Source of the DNA: Felis catus
Lineage: Eukaryota
Reading direction: 5' to 3'
NCBI RefSeq assembly: GCF_018350175.1
Contig: NC_058368.1
Span: 194,806,001 to 194,870,000 of the forward strand
Length of the DNA stretch: 64,000 nucleotides
The stretch's first letter is position 1, and every line of letters begins with the position of its first letter. Below are positions 13,466 through 25,677 of this stretch, in pieces. The position numbers and the translations under genes were made by a program. The notes beneath the pieces are model-generated. The model made no database searches, had not been told where the DNA came from, and worked only from the letters and a program-made list of their open reading frames with translations.

Positions 13466-14108
13466 AAATTGTATTTTATTAAAAAAATTAATGTTTATTT
13501 TATGTTTTTACTATTTTTTAAGTGTAACTTATTGGCAAGTTAGCTAACATACAGTGTATACAGTGTGCTCTTGGCTTCAGGAGTAGATTCCCATGATTCA
13601 TTGCTTACATACAACACCCAGTGCTCATCCCAACAAGTGCCCTCCTCAGTGCCCATTACCCATTTTCCCCTTCCCCCTCCCCCGCCATCAACCCTCAGTT
13701 TGATCTGTGTATTTAAGAGTCCCTTATGGTTTGCCTCCCTCTCTGTTTGAAACTATTTTTCCCCTTTCCATCCCCCATGGTCTTCTGTTAAGTTTCTCAA
13801 ATTCCACATATGAGTGAAAACAAATGTATGGCCAACTAATCTTTGACAAAGCAGGAAAGAGTATCCAATGGAAAAAGGACCATCTCTTTAGCAAATGGTG
13901 CTGGGAGAACTGGACAGCAACATGCAGAAGGAAACTGGACCACTTTCTTACACCATACACAAAAATAAACTCAAAATGGATAAAAGATCTAAATATGAGG
14001 CAGGAAACCATCAAAACCGTAGAGGAGAAAACAGGCAACAACCTCTTTGACCTCAGCCGCAGCAACTTCTTACTCCACATGTCTCTGAAGGCAAAGGAAA
14101 TAAAATAC
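13466..14108 (-). mobile_element. Carnivore L1 with 5' inversion (twin-primed)
   Basis: Antisense tail and 3'UTR to ~13820, then sense ORF2 piece 13821-14105 ([19 protein letters not shown]); TSD 'tattgg(t/c)atttt' 13453-13464 and 14109-14120. Confidence 0.92.
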
Positions 14109-14329
14109 TATTGGCATTTTAAGTTTCAGGTAGTGACATTTTGTGATGCTTGGCAGAGGGAGCGATTCACTGCATGCCACAGACACCTGAACCATTTCCC
14201 CATCTTTCCTTCACTGTCCCCTGGCCTTATCTTGCCAAGGTCTTCAGTCTCGGTGTCTTCTGCCATGCCTCAACCAAACCTCAGGTGCAGAGAACATAAG
14301 ACCCTCTCCCAAGACCACACAACTAATAC

Positions 14330-15103
14330 ATTGCCCATGCCAGACGTCAGGGAAACAACCTTAATTTTCTTCCCCTTGCCCCCACAGCCCAGTTTCTCTT
14401 GAAACCTTCTGTCCCACCATTTCTATTCGAGCATCGTAGGCCAGGCCATCATCATCTCTGCCTGGACCACTGGGATGGCCTCCCTCCTTTCAGTGCTGCT
14501 CTCGGAGTAAACTATCACATGGACTGAACTTGCTAACATGTAATTATCACTCCCTTGTAAGCAATTCCTTGCCTTCCCAACTATACTTAGAATAAAGTCC
14601 AAACGCCCTAGTTTGCCCTAAAGCCCCCAGATGGTCTGACCTCCTTCTTCCTTGCCCTCCATCTCCTCACTGCCCCCACCACCACCTCTGCTCTCTGGAC
14701 TCCAGGGCCTTTGGTTTCTGCCAGTTCTCAAATATAGCAAACCACCTCCTGCCTCAAAGCCTCTGCATGTATTGTAATGCCCAGTCCTCACCAGGCGGGT
14801 TTCTTCTTTTCCTCTAAGATGCAGCTGAAATGTCATTTTCTCAAAAACTCTGTGCCCCTCACCACTGCCACCATCAGTTAGTCGTATTCCCATAACCCTG
14901 GTGTCTTATGCCATTGTCCTTATTGCAACTTGGAGTTACCTTGTTTATTGATTTACTTATTCACAGGAGTCAACCCAACTAGAATATAGGCTCCATGGAA
15001 GCTGAGACTTGGTGTGTTTTGTGTATTCTCAGCATCCAGTAGCTACGGTGCCCAGCTCATGGAAGATGTTCAATCAATATTTGCTGGATGAATAAATGGA
15101 TGG
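14330..15103 (+). mobile_element. L2 3' portion
   Basis: 'ccatcatcatctctgcctggaccactg', 'cttagaataaagtccaaac', end 'caatcaatatttgctggatgaataaatgga'. Confidence 0.75.
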
Positions 15104-16574
15104 AAGCGGAGATAGGGAAATTCTAAACTTCTGAATAAATATCACCTGTGAGAAAATTCTCAATTCTTTTCTTGGCTGTGTTACGTGAGAGGCATCACCT
15201 CACCTGTTGTACTCTGTAAAGTGGGATTCCCGTGGCGTACAGAGAGGCTGAATGGGGAAATTGGTGCAGCACACCCGAAACATCCAGAGAGAAAATAGAA
15301 AGTTCTGTCCCCCATACCAGGTATTATAACTTATTATGCACAGATATAGAGAACCCCCAGCTGGCTGCAATCTTCGACGAATTTTGACTGCAATACAAAC
15401 AAAATGGACTTTCTAACCTTTTGTTTTTAATAAAAAATATATACATTGAGGAAAAATGATGAATGCTAAGGCAATCGCAGAAGACGTATTACCTTCTATT
15501 GCTGTCTGCTCAGATCTATAGCTGTTTCAGAAAGAGACCTGGTTACAAGGTAAATTTCATTTGTTTTGGATAAAGAACAATGTGACACTTTTGACAATGT
15601 ACTGTAAAATATGCCACATTTTTTAAACAAAGTGAGATATAATAAAAATGAAATATAAGATTTCAGGGGAAAGCTATGATTAGAAAAGAGCTCATAGCCC
15701 TTCTTGGACTACCCATAACACTTAGAAAGGAAACAGGCCCCCATACCCTCACATGCAAATGTAAATTAGGTAACGGCAAGTGCAATTAAATCATCATTTC
15801 GTGGCTTATGTGGCATCTGTCCTCCAGTAGGAGTATAAGCTCCAAGAAGGCAGGGACTGTGTCTGTCTATGACTTCAGTGCCCAGAAGAGATACAATAAA
15901 TGCTCAATGAATACAAACAATGCTGAATGAATGGAATAATCACGTGTTACGTAAGCCTTTCAGGTTCTTTAGAGAGAGAAATAATGTTTTGTAAAATAGA
16001 TACATCTCAAAAACCTGATGAAACACAGTTTAGCACTAAAACAGTAGAGACCATCCACGGACAAACCATGAGGGCAGCCAGGTGCCACTTCAGGACACGT
16101 GCCTGGGTAATCCCTGGATGTGGCCTGGGAACCTTCGAGTCAAAGACGGAGATAGGGGACGTAGCCCAGCCAGACCCCTTAGTGCACAGAGGGACCAGTC
16201 TGCCTTGAAGGCAGCACCAATGGTAGGGTCCTGGGATCCACCTGTGCCCTTCAACCTAGGTGATCTTCAACAATCCACTCATCCTGCTTGGAGCTTCAAT
16301 CTCTCTAGCCTCAGATGAGAGACAAATCTGATGCAAGATCAGACTCAAAGGCCCCCCTGAACAGTAATGATTTGTGGTTGTACACTGTGGCAGAGACAGG
16401 GAAGACCTGAAACTCAGCCAAACCCCGCCTTCAGCAGAGTCTCATACACCCTTCCTATAAGGCCAGGACCAGTAACAGACCGCACGGGACATGGCCAGCT
16501 GTGAACAGAGACACAAAGTCTAGGGGAGGATAGCAACTCAAGCCTCCAACTCTCCTCCGCGTCAGTTGAAAAAT

Positions 16575-16755
16575 GGCGCCTGGAGCCAGGCAAGCTGGGT
16601 TCAAATTCTGCGACCACTCGTTACCTTGTGTGACCTTGAGCAGGCTGCAGTTTCTTCGTCTGTAAAGTAGGGATAAATATTAGATTCTTCCTCGTGGTGA
16701 CATAAGGACAACCACCAGGTGTAGCAGGTAATAAGCCTCAGTAAATGTGTGCTGC
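16575..16755 (+). mobile_element. MIR
   Basis: 'ctggagccaggcaagctgggttcaaattctgcgacc...tgtgtgaccttgagca...tctgtaaagtagggataa'. Confidence 0.7.
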
Positions 16756-17206
16756 CACCATCACCACGGCCCCCACCGGGCCACGGCCTTCTCCTCTTCG
16801 TCCAACACAGAAACTTTCTCTACTACAGACTCAGCTCCTCCAGAATAGCAGGAGCCAGAGCACAGCTTGCTCTGACATAAATCAAAGGCAGATGATCTCC
16901 TTTCACTGACTCGTCCCCATAAATCAAAGCAGCTCCCCGAACAGAGACAAATTCAGATTCCAAATGTGCTTTCCAGTCTCCCTCTCCCTGGTGAAAGATG
17001 ACTTTTCAAACCAGAGTTTGGAGCAGAAAAAAAAAAAAATGTTAGTGATGACCCAGCCCAGTCCCCTTAATTTACAGTTAGAAAAACTGAGGCCCCAAAA
17101 GCAAATGAAAGTTACCACCCCATTGGAAAATGAGAATCGCCAGTTACAGACAGCAACAAGACTAGCACCGGGAAACGCTAACTCCCGACCCAGTGTGGTT
17201 TTTACT

Positions 17207-17445
17207 CAGTGGTGTAACAGGGCCCAGACGGTGGGAGCAATCCGTGTGCGGGGTGTGGCCCCCAGGACGTGCATTGTCTGCAGAGAATTTAAAACAGTAA
17301 TTTTTCAAGTCATCAGAAATCATTCTGCCTTTTATCATCACCATGTGCCTGAAATTCCAAACAACGTTAGTGATAAAATATACACCCCTTTCCCAGAAAA
17401 AGAAAATATCTCTGGTCGGTCTAAGTTCTGAACAGTTGCTGACGT
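17207..17445 (+). mobile_element. hAT (Tip100 group, Arthur1-like) DNA transposon fragment
   Basis: Starts 'cagtggtgta'; 'gtgcattgtctgcagagaatttaaaa', 'agtgataaaata', 'ggtctaagttct' recalled from consensus; subfamily uncertain. Confidence 0.55.
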
Positions 17446-17611
17446 TATTGCCGAATTTTGATAATATGTAAGTCTGAAATGTGGGCTCGGCCTCACACAC
17501 TGCTTTCAAGCCTAAGTTTGTGACTACAAATCATGTGAGCTCACTGCAGGCACAGTTGAGGTCTCCAAGCCCTGCTGTGTTACAGTCTCCTGCATTTAAA
17601 AGTAGATCAGA

Positions 17612-17809
17612 GGGGCGCCTGGGTGGCTCAGTCGGTTGACTGTCTGACTTCAGCTCAGGTCATGATCTCGCAGGCGTTTGAGCCCTACATGGGGCTCCCT
17701 GCTGTCAGCATGGAGCCCTCCCACCCCCACTTCAGCTCCTCTGTCTCCCTCTCTCTCTGCCCCTCCCCTGCATGTGCTCTCTCTGACAAAAGTAAAGAAA
17801 CATTTAAAC
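17612..17809 (+). mobile_element. Can-SINE
   Basis: Head 'ggggcgcctgggtggctcagtcgg'; TSD 'agtagatcaga' 17601-17611 and 17810-17820. Confidence 0.95.
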
Positions 17810-17925
17810 AGTAGATCAGAAATAAACAATGATAGCACAAAGATTACCTCGAAGGAGAAATAGAGCTTGGGCTAATTCAGTTCTGTCATTCTATGTGACC
17901 ACTGAAGCTTCCATTTGGGTTTAAA

Positions 17926-18262
17926 TAAATATAAATAAATGACAAATTGGTTTCCATACAACACCCAGTGCTCATCCCAACAAGTGCCCTCTTCAACTTT
18001 TTTTTTCCCTTCCCCTTCCACTTTCCCATGGTCTGCTGTTATGTTTCTCAAGATCCACATATGAGTGAAAACATGGTATCTGTCTTTCTCTGGCTTATTT
18101 CACTTAGCATAATACCCTCCAGTTCCATTGACGTTGCTGCAATTGACATGATTTCATTCTTTCTCATTGCCAAGTAGTATTCCATTGTATATATAAGCCA
18201 CATCTTCTTTATCCATTGGTCAGTTGATGGACATTTATGCTCTTTCTATAATTTGGCTATTG
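17926..18262 (-). mobile_element. Felid L1 3' end, short
   Basis: 'aaattggtttccatacaacacccagtgctcatcccaacaagtgccc'; TSD 'ttc(c/t)atttgggtttaaa' 17909-17925 and 18263-18279. Confidence 0.9.
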
Positions 18263-18395
18263 TTCTATTTGGGTTTAAAACAGCGCAACAGTAAAAAAGG
18301 CGAAGTGTAATATTTTTGTCTGGGAAGTGAAAAGTTTGGTTCAGATGTGAAATATTTATTGAGTTTGAATAATGCCATTGAAAATAAAATTCTGA

Positions 18396-18564
18396 GGGGC
18401 ACCTGAGTGGCTCAGTTGGTTAAGTGTCCGACTTTGCCTCAGGTCACAATCTCACGGTTCGTGAGTTCGAGCCCCATGTCGGGCTCTGTGCTGACAGCTC
18501 AGAGCCTGGAGCCCGTTTCAGATTCTGTGTCTCCCTCTCTGTCTCTGCCCCTCCCCCACTCGTG

Positions 18565-18624
<60 letters not shown>

Positions 18625-18638
18625 AATAAACATTTAAA
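18396..18638 (+). mobile_element. Can-SINE with long (CT)n
   Basis: Head, about 50 bp CT tract, A-rich tail. Confidence 0.96.
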
Positions 18639-18874
18639 GGGGCGCCTGGGTGGTGCAGTCGGTTAAGCATCCAACTTCAGCCAGGTCACGATCTCGCGGT
18701 CCGTGAGTTCGAGCCCCACGTCAGGCTCTGGGCTGATGGCTCAGAGGCTGGAGCCTGTTTCCGATTCTGTGTCTCCCTCTCTCTCTGCCCCTCCCCCGTT
18801 CATGCTCTGTCTCTCTCTGTCCCCCCAAAAAATAAATAAACGTTGAAAAAAAATAAAAAATAAATAAATAAATA
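18639..18874 (+). mobile_element. Young felid SINE (SINEC_Fc type) inserted in the previous SINE's tail
   Basis: 'cagccaggtcacgatctcgcggtccgtgagttcgagcc'; TSD 'aaaataaacatttaaa' 18623-18638 and 18875-18890. Confidence 0.96.
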
Positions 18875-19699
18875 AAAATAAACATTTAAAAAAAATTCTT
18901 CTGTTTTCTCAATTGTTTGAAAACTGAAGATTGAATCGAGAAAATAATGATTATTTCTGATCATTACGTAGCTATTACTGAAAATAAGTCTGTTGTCTAA
19001 GCATGGGGGCCATGTTACCCAATCTTCTCCGAGCATCAAATATGCCAGGCATACCACTGTTTCTGTTACCTGCTGAAGGTTGGGGAAACCCTTCTTGTCC
19101 ACTCCTGATACTCCTTCCATTTGGAGCAGCCTCCATTGTTGTAAAATCCCAAGCCTTCCCCATCCCCTCTCCCCAGTCCTAATCCCCACCTCCAGCAGGG
19201 GGAGTGGTCTATGTTGAGTAATTATTTGGGTGTAAGGTATACAGAGCTCTAGCTTTTCTCTCTTCCTTGCTGAGAGCCAGGTGACCTGTAGGGAGTTCAC
19301 ATCCATGTTCTTGGCAGTGAATCATACAGAAGGAGTCTCCCCAAAGATGCTTGTCCTGGCCAGGGTGGGGTAGTAGGGTTCTATAATCCTCTATAGTCCA
19401 TGCAAACCTCATCCTCCAAGGTGACATTTTGGTCTTCCCTTAGATTTGCTCCTTTATCTTGTTTCCTTTTGTTTGTTTTTCCATGAATGGGGGAGAGTGG
19501 GGGTTCTTTTTTAATATTTTTATTTAAGTAGAGTTGACCCCCAATTCCCAATGCTGTACCTTTTATTCTCACCCCCTTATCTTATTTCTTACCTGATTCG
19601 GAACTCAAGCAGGAAACAGAATCGCTCCTTATTGGACCTCCTCATACACCAACAGTCATGACAATGACAATGATACCAACAATAGCAATTTTTTAAAGC

Positions 19700-19940
19700 T
19701 ATCATGTTTGGAGTATTTGCTGTGTCAGGCACTGGGATGAATTTAAATACATTCATTATCTTACTGAATCTTCCAGACACATCTGTGAGGCAGGTTCTAT
19801 TGTTATCTCTACATGGCAGAGGAGAAAACGGAGATTTAGCAAGTAATAAACATGCCCACCGTCACGCAATTAGCAAATGATGGTAAAGGACTTGAACCTC
19901 AGTCAGTGAGTTAGGGCCCAAACACTTCACCACTATGCCA
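19700..19940 (-). mobile_element. MIR
   Basis: 'gagtatttgctgtgtcaggcactg...gaggagaaaacggag...ggacttgaacc...caccactatgc'. Confidence 0.65.
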
Positions 19941-20350
19941 CTTTGCTTAATGGTGGGAGAAAATCCTTTTATGGACCCTCCTTATTAGATTAAACTCAGA
20001 GCTAATGCACTGTTCCCAGGATTACAGGGCCTGTAGCTATCCAGGATGGAAAAATGGTCATGTTCTCTCACCTCTGTTCTGTTGATTTGCTCTCCTTCAC
20101 CTCTCCCCAGGTGACAATACCAGGAGATTTAATTTGGAGATAGGCTCTGTTCAGCAAACACAAAGCACAGCAGCCTGGCTGTTTCCAGCTCCACGGCCCC
20201 ACCTTTGCCAGTCATCTCATCTTAAGTCTTGCCTTCCGACTTGGCCGGTCACTTCCCTGCCCTGGCACGGCCAGCTACACAGTATCCAGGCTGAGAGGGG
20301 CCAAGAATGCACTCATTGCTACAAGGTGACAAACTCAGCCCATGCCAAGT

Positions 20351-20435
20351 GAGCTGAGATCAGGAGTCTGGGATCAAGACCTGAGCTGAGATCAGGAGTC
20401 AGGACACTTAACCAACTGAGCCACCTAGGCACCCT
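20351..20435 (-). mobile_element. Can-SINE 5' fragment with internal duplication
   Basis: 'acttaaccaactgagccacctaggcaccc'; 'gagctgagatcaggagtc' occurs twice. Confidence 0.8.
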
Positions 20436-21314
20436 CCCTTTAACTTTGAAAGCATCATCCCCCTTTAAAAAAGGAAAACATTCAATGACGAGTAACACAC
20501 TCAGCCTTAGTTTCTCTGCACAGAGTGGTGGTGTGTAAAACATCTTCTTCAAAACGTTGGCATGAGAACCAAGAGAAAACGTGTAGTAAACTTCTCAGAG
20601 CACCTCGTACAAAATATGTGCTCAATAAATATTAACAGTTACCCCATCAGCATCACCATAGCTAAGTGTGGGTATGTTCATATTCATGATTTCTTTGCTC
20701 AAGGGCTTAGGGATGGAACCTAGGACTGGAAGCAGAAAATTTGAATTCTGACCCTGACTTGGCCGTTAACTCACTATGTTCTGGAAATGTCACTGATATT
20801 CTCTGGGCCTTCTTAATTGTCCTTGTCATTCTCATTATCATTATGAATACCTGTTATTTCTACAGCGTGTTTTGGTTCACAGAGCTTTTTGGCATTCTCT
20901 CTGTGCCTTATTTAAGCTTCTCAGTACCCAAGAATTGGGCAGGGGCAAATGTGGAATTTGAGGCTTTAGGTGTGCTAAGTGACTTCCCCGAGGTCACAGA
21001 GCTAGCTAATAACAGAACCAATGTGACTTCCAAAAGGCGTCATCATCCAGTCTCTGGTCCAAGAGGGTTTGCCAGCATTAAAGCTAGAGGATGTCACAGC
21101 TGAAAGAGCCTTCAGAGGTAGCCTCTTTGGTGATGGCTAATCCCTAGTCCTCAGGACCCAATTCTCCATACCCACCCATGGCAGATATCACTGATTGACC
21201 ATAACGTATAAATACTTCTCAACAGGGGCTCCGATTAATTCTCAATCAAAGCCGCACACGGAATAAACTCACTGTTTCCTCCCACCCAGACCAGAAGCTC
21301 CTGTCATCTCGACA

Positions 21315-21480
21315 TCTGTGCGTCTCAAACTTTAATATGCCTATGAGTCAACTTTGGCGTCTTGCTAAAATGCAGATTCTCATCAGTAGATCCATGTTGG
21401 GGCCCAAGACGCCACATATCTACCAAGCTCTAGGTGTCACTGCCGCCTTTGGTCCAGGGACCACACTTTGGAGAACAAAT
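21315..21480. mobile_element. MER5-type hAT-Charlie MITE
   Basis: 'tctcaaacttt...cttgctaaaatgcagattctc...ggtccagggaccacactttggaga'. Confidence 0.75.
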
Positions 21481-21688
21481 TCCTAGACGATGTGATGGAG
21501 ATGTCCCACCTCTGTGTGTGTGGTGGGGGGAGCGGGGAGCCTCTCTCCTTAGGAGTATCTATCCTGTCCCCAGGCTGCCACCAATGCCTCCTCTATGCTG
21601 TGTTCCTTGAACACACATGTACTAGAAGGGAGAGCAGGAGAGAGCACACAACATACTCTTCCCCCACTCCTGTGCCAGTACCCCCCTT

Positions 21689-21692
<4 letters not shown>

Positions 21693-21733
<41 letters not shown>
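21693..21733. repeat. (CA)n microsatellite
   Basis: Pure CA run. Confidence 0.98.
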
Positions 21734-21736
<3 letters not shown>

Positions 21737-23068
21737 AGTTCTTCAGAAGTTTCCTGGGACATCTGCAAGGCACACCACCTGAGAACTTGGACGCCTTGCC
21801 TCTGCAACTTTCCTCTGTAGGATCTTAGTCAAACCGCCCCGGATTGTCTGCATCCTCCCGAAAGGACCCTGCTGAGAAGCGAGCACAGTCCTAAAGCCAG
21901 CTTGGCACCCGGCCCCAAGACATGCTTTCTTCCCTGGGATGTTTGGGAACACAAAGTGAGAAGGTGTGGCTGTGGGTACTTATCAATTTTGCACCAGGTT
22001 TGCAGTGGGAAGTGACAGGTGAGCTGTAAGACAAACCGAATGTCAGGGCATAAAGGACCTCAGCACCCAGCCCGTCCAACCTCATCATCCAGCATCACGT
22101 TCCTCCTTGTTTGCTTATTCATCATGTTTAAAACAAACAAAAGAAACCCAAACACCTTGGCCCTAGAACCCTGGAGCAAACTTAGCAATCAAGAGATACT
22201 TAAAAAACTGCGAGAGAGCCTACAAACCAAAGCAGCATTTTAATGACCCTGAAGTAAAACCCTGTTTAGGAAAAAAAAAAAATTTTTTTTAAACCTTTTA
22301 CCTTCTAACCTGAGAGCACCCTCACCCCAAGGGCACTGTCCTTACTGCGAAGGGAGACAAATTGATGCTGTTCAATGGGCTGGAGCAGGCAGAGCTGGCT
22401 GCAAGTCAAGAGACACGGGACCCCGGCCAGCTCCCGCAGCCTTGAGCAGGTCACTTTCAGAAGCTGATTCTCAATTTCCTCATCCATCAAATGGGGATAA
22501 TAGTAATAGCAAATGTGAACTGAGTACTTGATATATGCCAGGCACTATTACTTGTATTGTCATTAATCCTCGCCAAAGCCCCAAGCAATACTACTATTAC
22601 ATCTAATTTACAGATGAGAAAAACAAAGCTTGGAGAGGCTTAATACCGTGAAAGTCTCCCCTGACAAGTTGGTCCTCTTGACCGCAAACTTGGGCTCATG
22701 TCCCCCGCACCAGACCATCTTCCCTTGTCCTGCACCCCTCACCCCTCCCTCACAGAGCTCCTGTGAGTTTCAAATAAGAAAATCACTTCGTCATCTGAAA
22801 TGTTGCATACACACTGCTGCAGCTCTTGAAGTAAAGCAACAAACGTCAAGTGGATACAATGCAGACACCACAGCAGGTGGAAGCACGCAGGGAGGAACTG
22901 GGGTTCTTCTCAAAGCATCTGGGGACGTCACTGGTTCTTGACTCCACTTCCCTGGAATCTGACTGTAATGCCCATCTCTTTTTTTTTTTTTTTCAGACAT
23001 TACACCACTCAAATGAAACATACGCCCTGTGCCTGATTAAAGTCCTCACTTAGAAATTCCCTGGGGTC

Positions 23069-23352
23069 GGGGCACCCGGGGGTGGGGGTGGGGGCTCAAT
23101 CAGTTAGGGGTCCAACTCTGGATTTCAGCTCAGGTCATGATCTCACAACTCATGGGTTGAAGCCCCACATTGGGCTCTGCGCTGACAGCTCGGAGCCTGC
23201 TTAGGAGTCTCTCTCTCTCTCTCTCTCTGCCCCCTCCCCTGCTTACTCACTTGCTCTCTCACTCTCTCTCTCTCTCTCTCTCTCTCTCCCAAAATAAATA
23301 AACATTTAAAAATTTATTTAAAAACAAAATAAATAAACTAAAAAAAAAAAAA
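23069..23352 (+). mobile_element. Can-SINE
   Basis: TSD 'agaaattccctggggtc' 23052-23068 and 23353-23369; head region unusually G-rich. Confidence 0.95.
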
Positions 23353-24905
23353 AGAAATTCCCTGGGGTCACTCCAGAATGATCTTCTCCCACACACTTTC
23401 ACCCTTGGTTTGGGTTCTTTTTCTCATGGGTGGGTAGTCAAAAGTGGAAGGGAAGAGGGAGGAGGGAGTTAGAGTTTCCCCCTACGCAAAGCAAGCTGCA
23501 TTTTCACCCAATTCTCCTGCCACCCATTCTCTCATTATAATTATGGATTTGGACAGCCTCTTGCCATGTAACACAATCTTCTGATTAAATTCTGCCAGCC
23601 AGCCAACTCCAGTTTCAGAACGTGAATGAATAAATACACTGCCGCACTAAACCAAATGAGGAGACACAAACCTTGGGTACAAGGAGAGTTCTCTGAAAAC
23701 TAAAACAATCAGGATCATATTAAAAGAAATATAGAGGCCTCAATAAAGGAGGCGAGAGAGGAATGGCTTTATTTTAGCTGGACTACATTTAAGAAATAAA
23801 CACTAATAAAAGTAGAATGTGCCTGAACTTGGAAGGAGAACAGATGATTAAATGTGGGACACTGGTCAAGTTCTTCCCTTTTTGAGACTCAGTTTTCTTA
23901 GCCTTCAAATGGCGTGATCATATTAACCAGTAATTATTAAGCACTTAGCATGAGCCAGGCACTGTGCCAAGCACTTTAACAATTAACATGCCATATGTAG
24001 ATTACTTGAAAGAACTGAAGATGTTTAAGCCCAAGGAAAGGCAGCTTGGAAAGGTAAAGTAAACTGAAATTTAAATACACCCTATAATGTGAACGAAATA
24101 CTAAGCTTATTTGTGTTTCTTTGGGCTTTTCAGTTGAAAGAGCACAATGTTTCACATAGACTTCAGGGTGGGTAAGGGATCTGCCAGTGCCTCACTCTCT
24201 GACACTGGAGGATTTATTAGGTCTCTCAGCCTCTGTTTTCTGGCCTGTGAAATGGGAATAATGCCACCAATCCCATTAAATTAATGTAGGGTTAAATTAA
24301 TGGAAGTAAAGAGTATTTACTGCATAATACACACTAAGGGTCCAGTAAATGTTTGTTCCTTCTTTTATCCAAAGGATGAGAACAATTACTCTCCTTATAA
24401 GACTTGACTTAAGAGAAATCTGGATGACTCCAGGATTTTATCCCATTTGAGTGCAACCTTTATCCCGGCTACAATCATTGCATATCCACATGCATGTACG
24501 CAGAGAGAAATTTTGGACGTACCCCTAATTTAATCATCAGGATTCTCTAGCCTGGGAGAATGGGAGGATGGGAAGAAAATCCTTTCATTCTATCAAAATA
24601 AATGAGCAAGCCTTATTTTCCCTTATACCCTGATGGCTCTTAGAACTAGGAGGAAGCAGGAGAATTTATAGCCTGTAAATTCTCTAAGGGCAGGGATCGT
24701 GTCCATCTCATTCACCCCATGAACACCAGCCCTGGGCCCGGTGCATGGCATGTGATAGGTGTTCCCTAAGTAGGTGCCTGGTCTACCGACAGTACCTTTT
24801 CTCTGTCACTCGCTTTACTTTTCAGTTTTTACTCCCCCCTCTGCCCCAAGAATATGAACTCCTCTGGAGTATGGGATGACACACTCATCCACTTTCCATT
24901 ATCTT

Positions 24906-25125
24906 TTTTTTTAAATTTTTTTTTAACGTTTATTTATTTTGGGGACAGAGAGAGACAGAGCATGAACGGGGGAGGGTCAGAGAGAGGGAGACACAGAATC
25001 TGAAACAGGCTCCAGGCTCCAAGCTGTCAGCACAGAGCCTGATGCCGGGCTCGAACTCACGGACCGTGAGATCATGACCCGAGCCGGAGTCAGCCGCTTA
25101 ACCGACTGAGCCACGCAGGCGCCCC
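24906..25125 (-). mobile_element. Can-SINE
   Basis: TSD 'ccactttcc(a/t)ttatctt' 24889-24905 and 25124-25140. Confidence 0.96.
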
Positions 25126-25677
25126 ACTTTCCTTTATCTTAAACATGCCAATGTTCCCAAATTTCTATCTCCAGCCTGGATTGCACTCGTGGGCTCTAAC
25201 TCCTGTATCTAACTGCCTAATCTGTGTTTTCATCTAGGTGTTCAATATAAATAAGTAGATAAATGAGCCTTGAATATGCTCCAAAAAGAACTCTTAATCC
25301 ACCCTCAAGTAAGTGAATGATAAATAAAAGCCTGTGCTGCCTCCAGTATTTCTCATCTTGGGTAATGGTACCACCCTTATCCACCTGTTCAGGTTGAACA
25401 TCTAAGAGTCGGCCTTGCTTCCTCGTTATCAATCTACATCCAGTCTGTCAGAAAGTCCTGTCAGCTCTTCCCAAATGTATTTCAAGTGTGCCCATTTCTC
25501 AGAGGTTCCCCCTGAAGCATCTTCCAATAAGCTGCCGTCCTCTCGTCCCTTAACGACTCCAGTAGCTGCTAACAGATGTCCTGGCTGCCTCTGTTCTCCC
25601 TCACACGCCGCTTGTCATACAACAGCCAGACAATGTTTGTAAAATACATCCTCTCACTCCCCTGCTTAAAGCTCTCT

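Noticed and set aside
13824..14402. 192-aa ORF as a gene
   Set aside because: The first ~95 aa are L1 ORF2; the rest is read-through into flank
18407..18666. Recurrent short ORFs of the MAQ(S/L)V... type here and at other SINEs
   Set aside because: Translations of Can-SINE sequence
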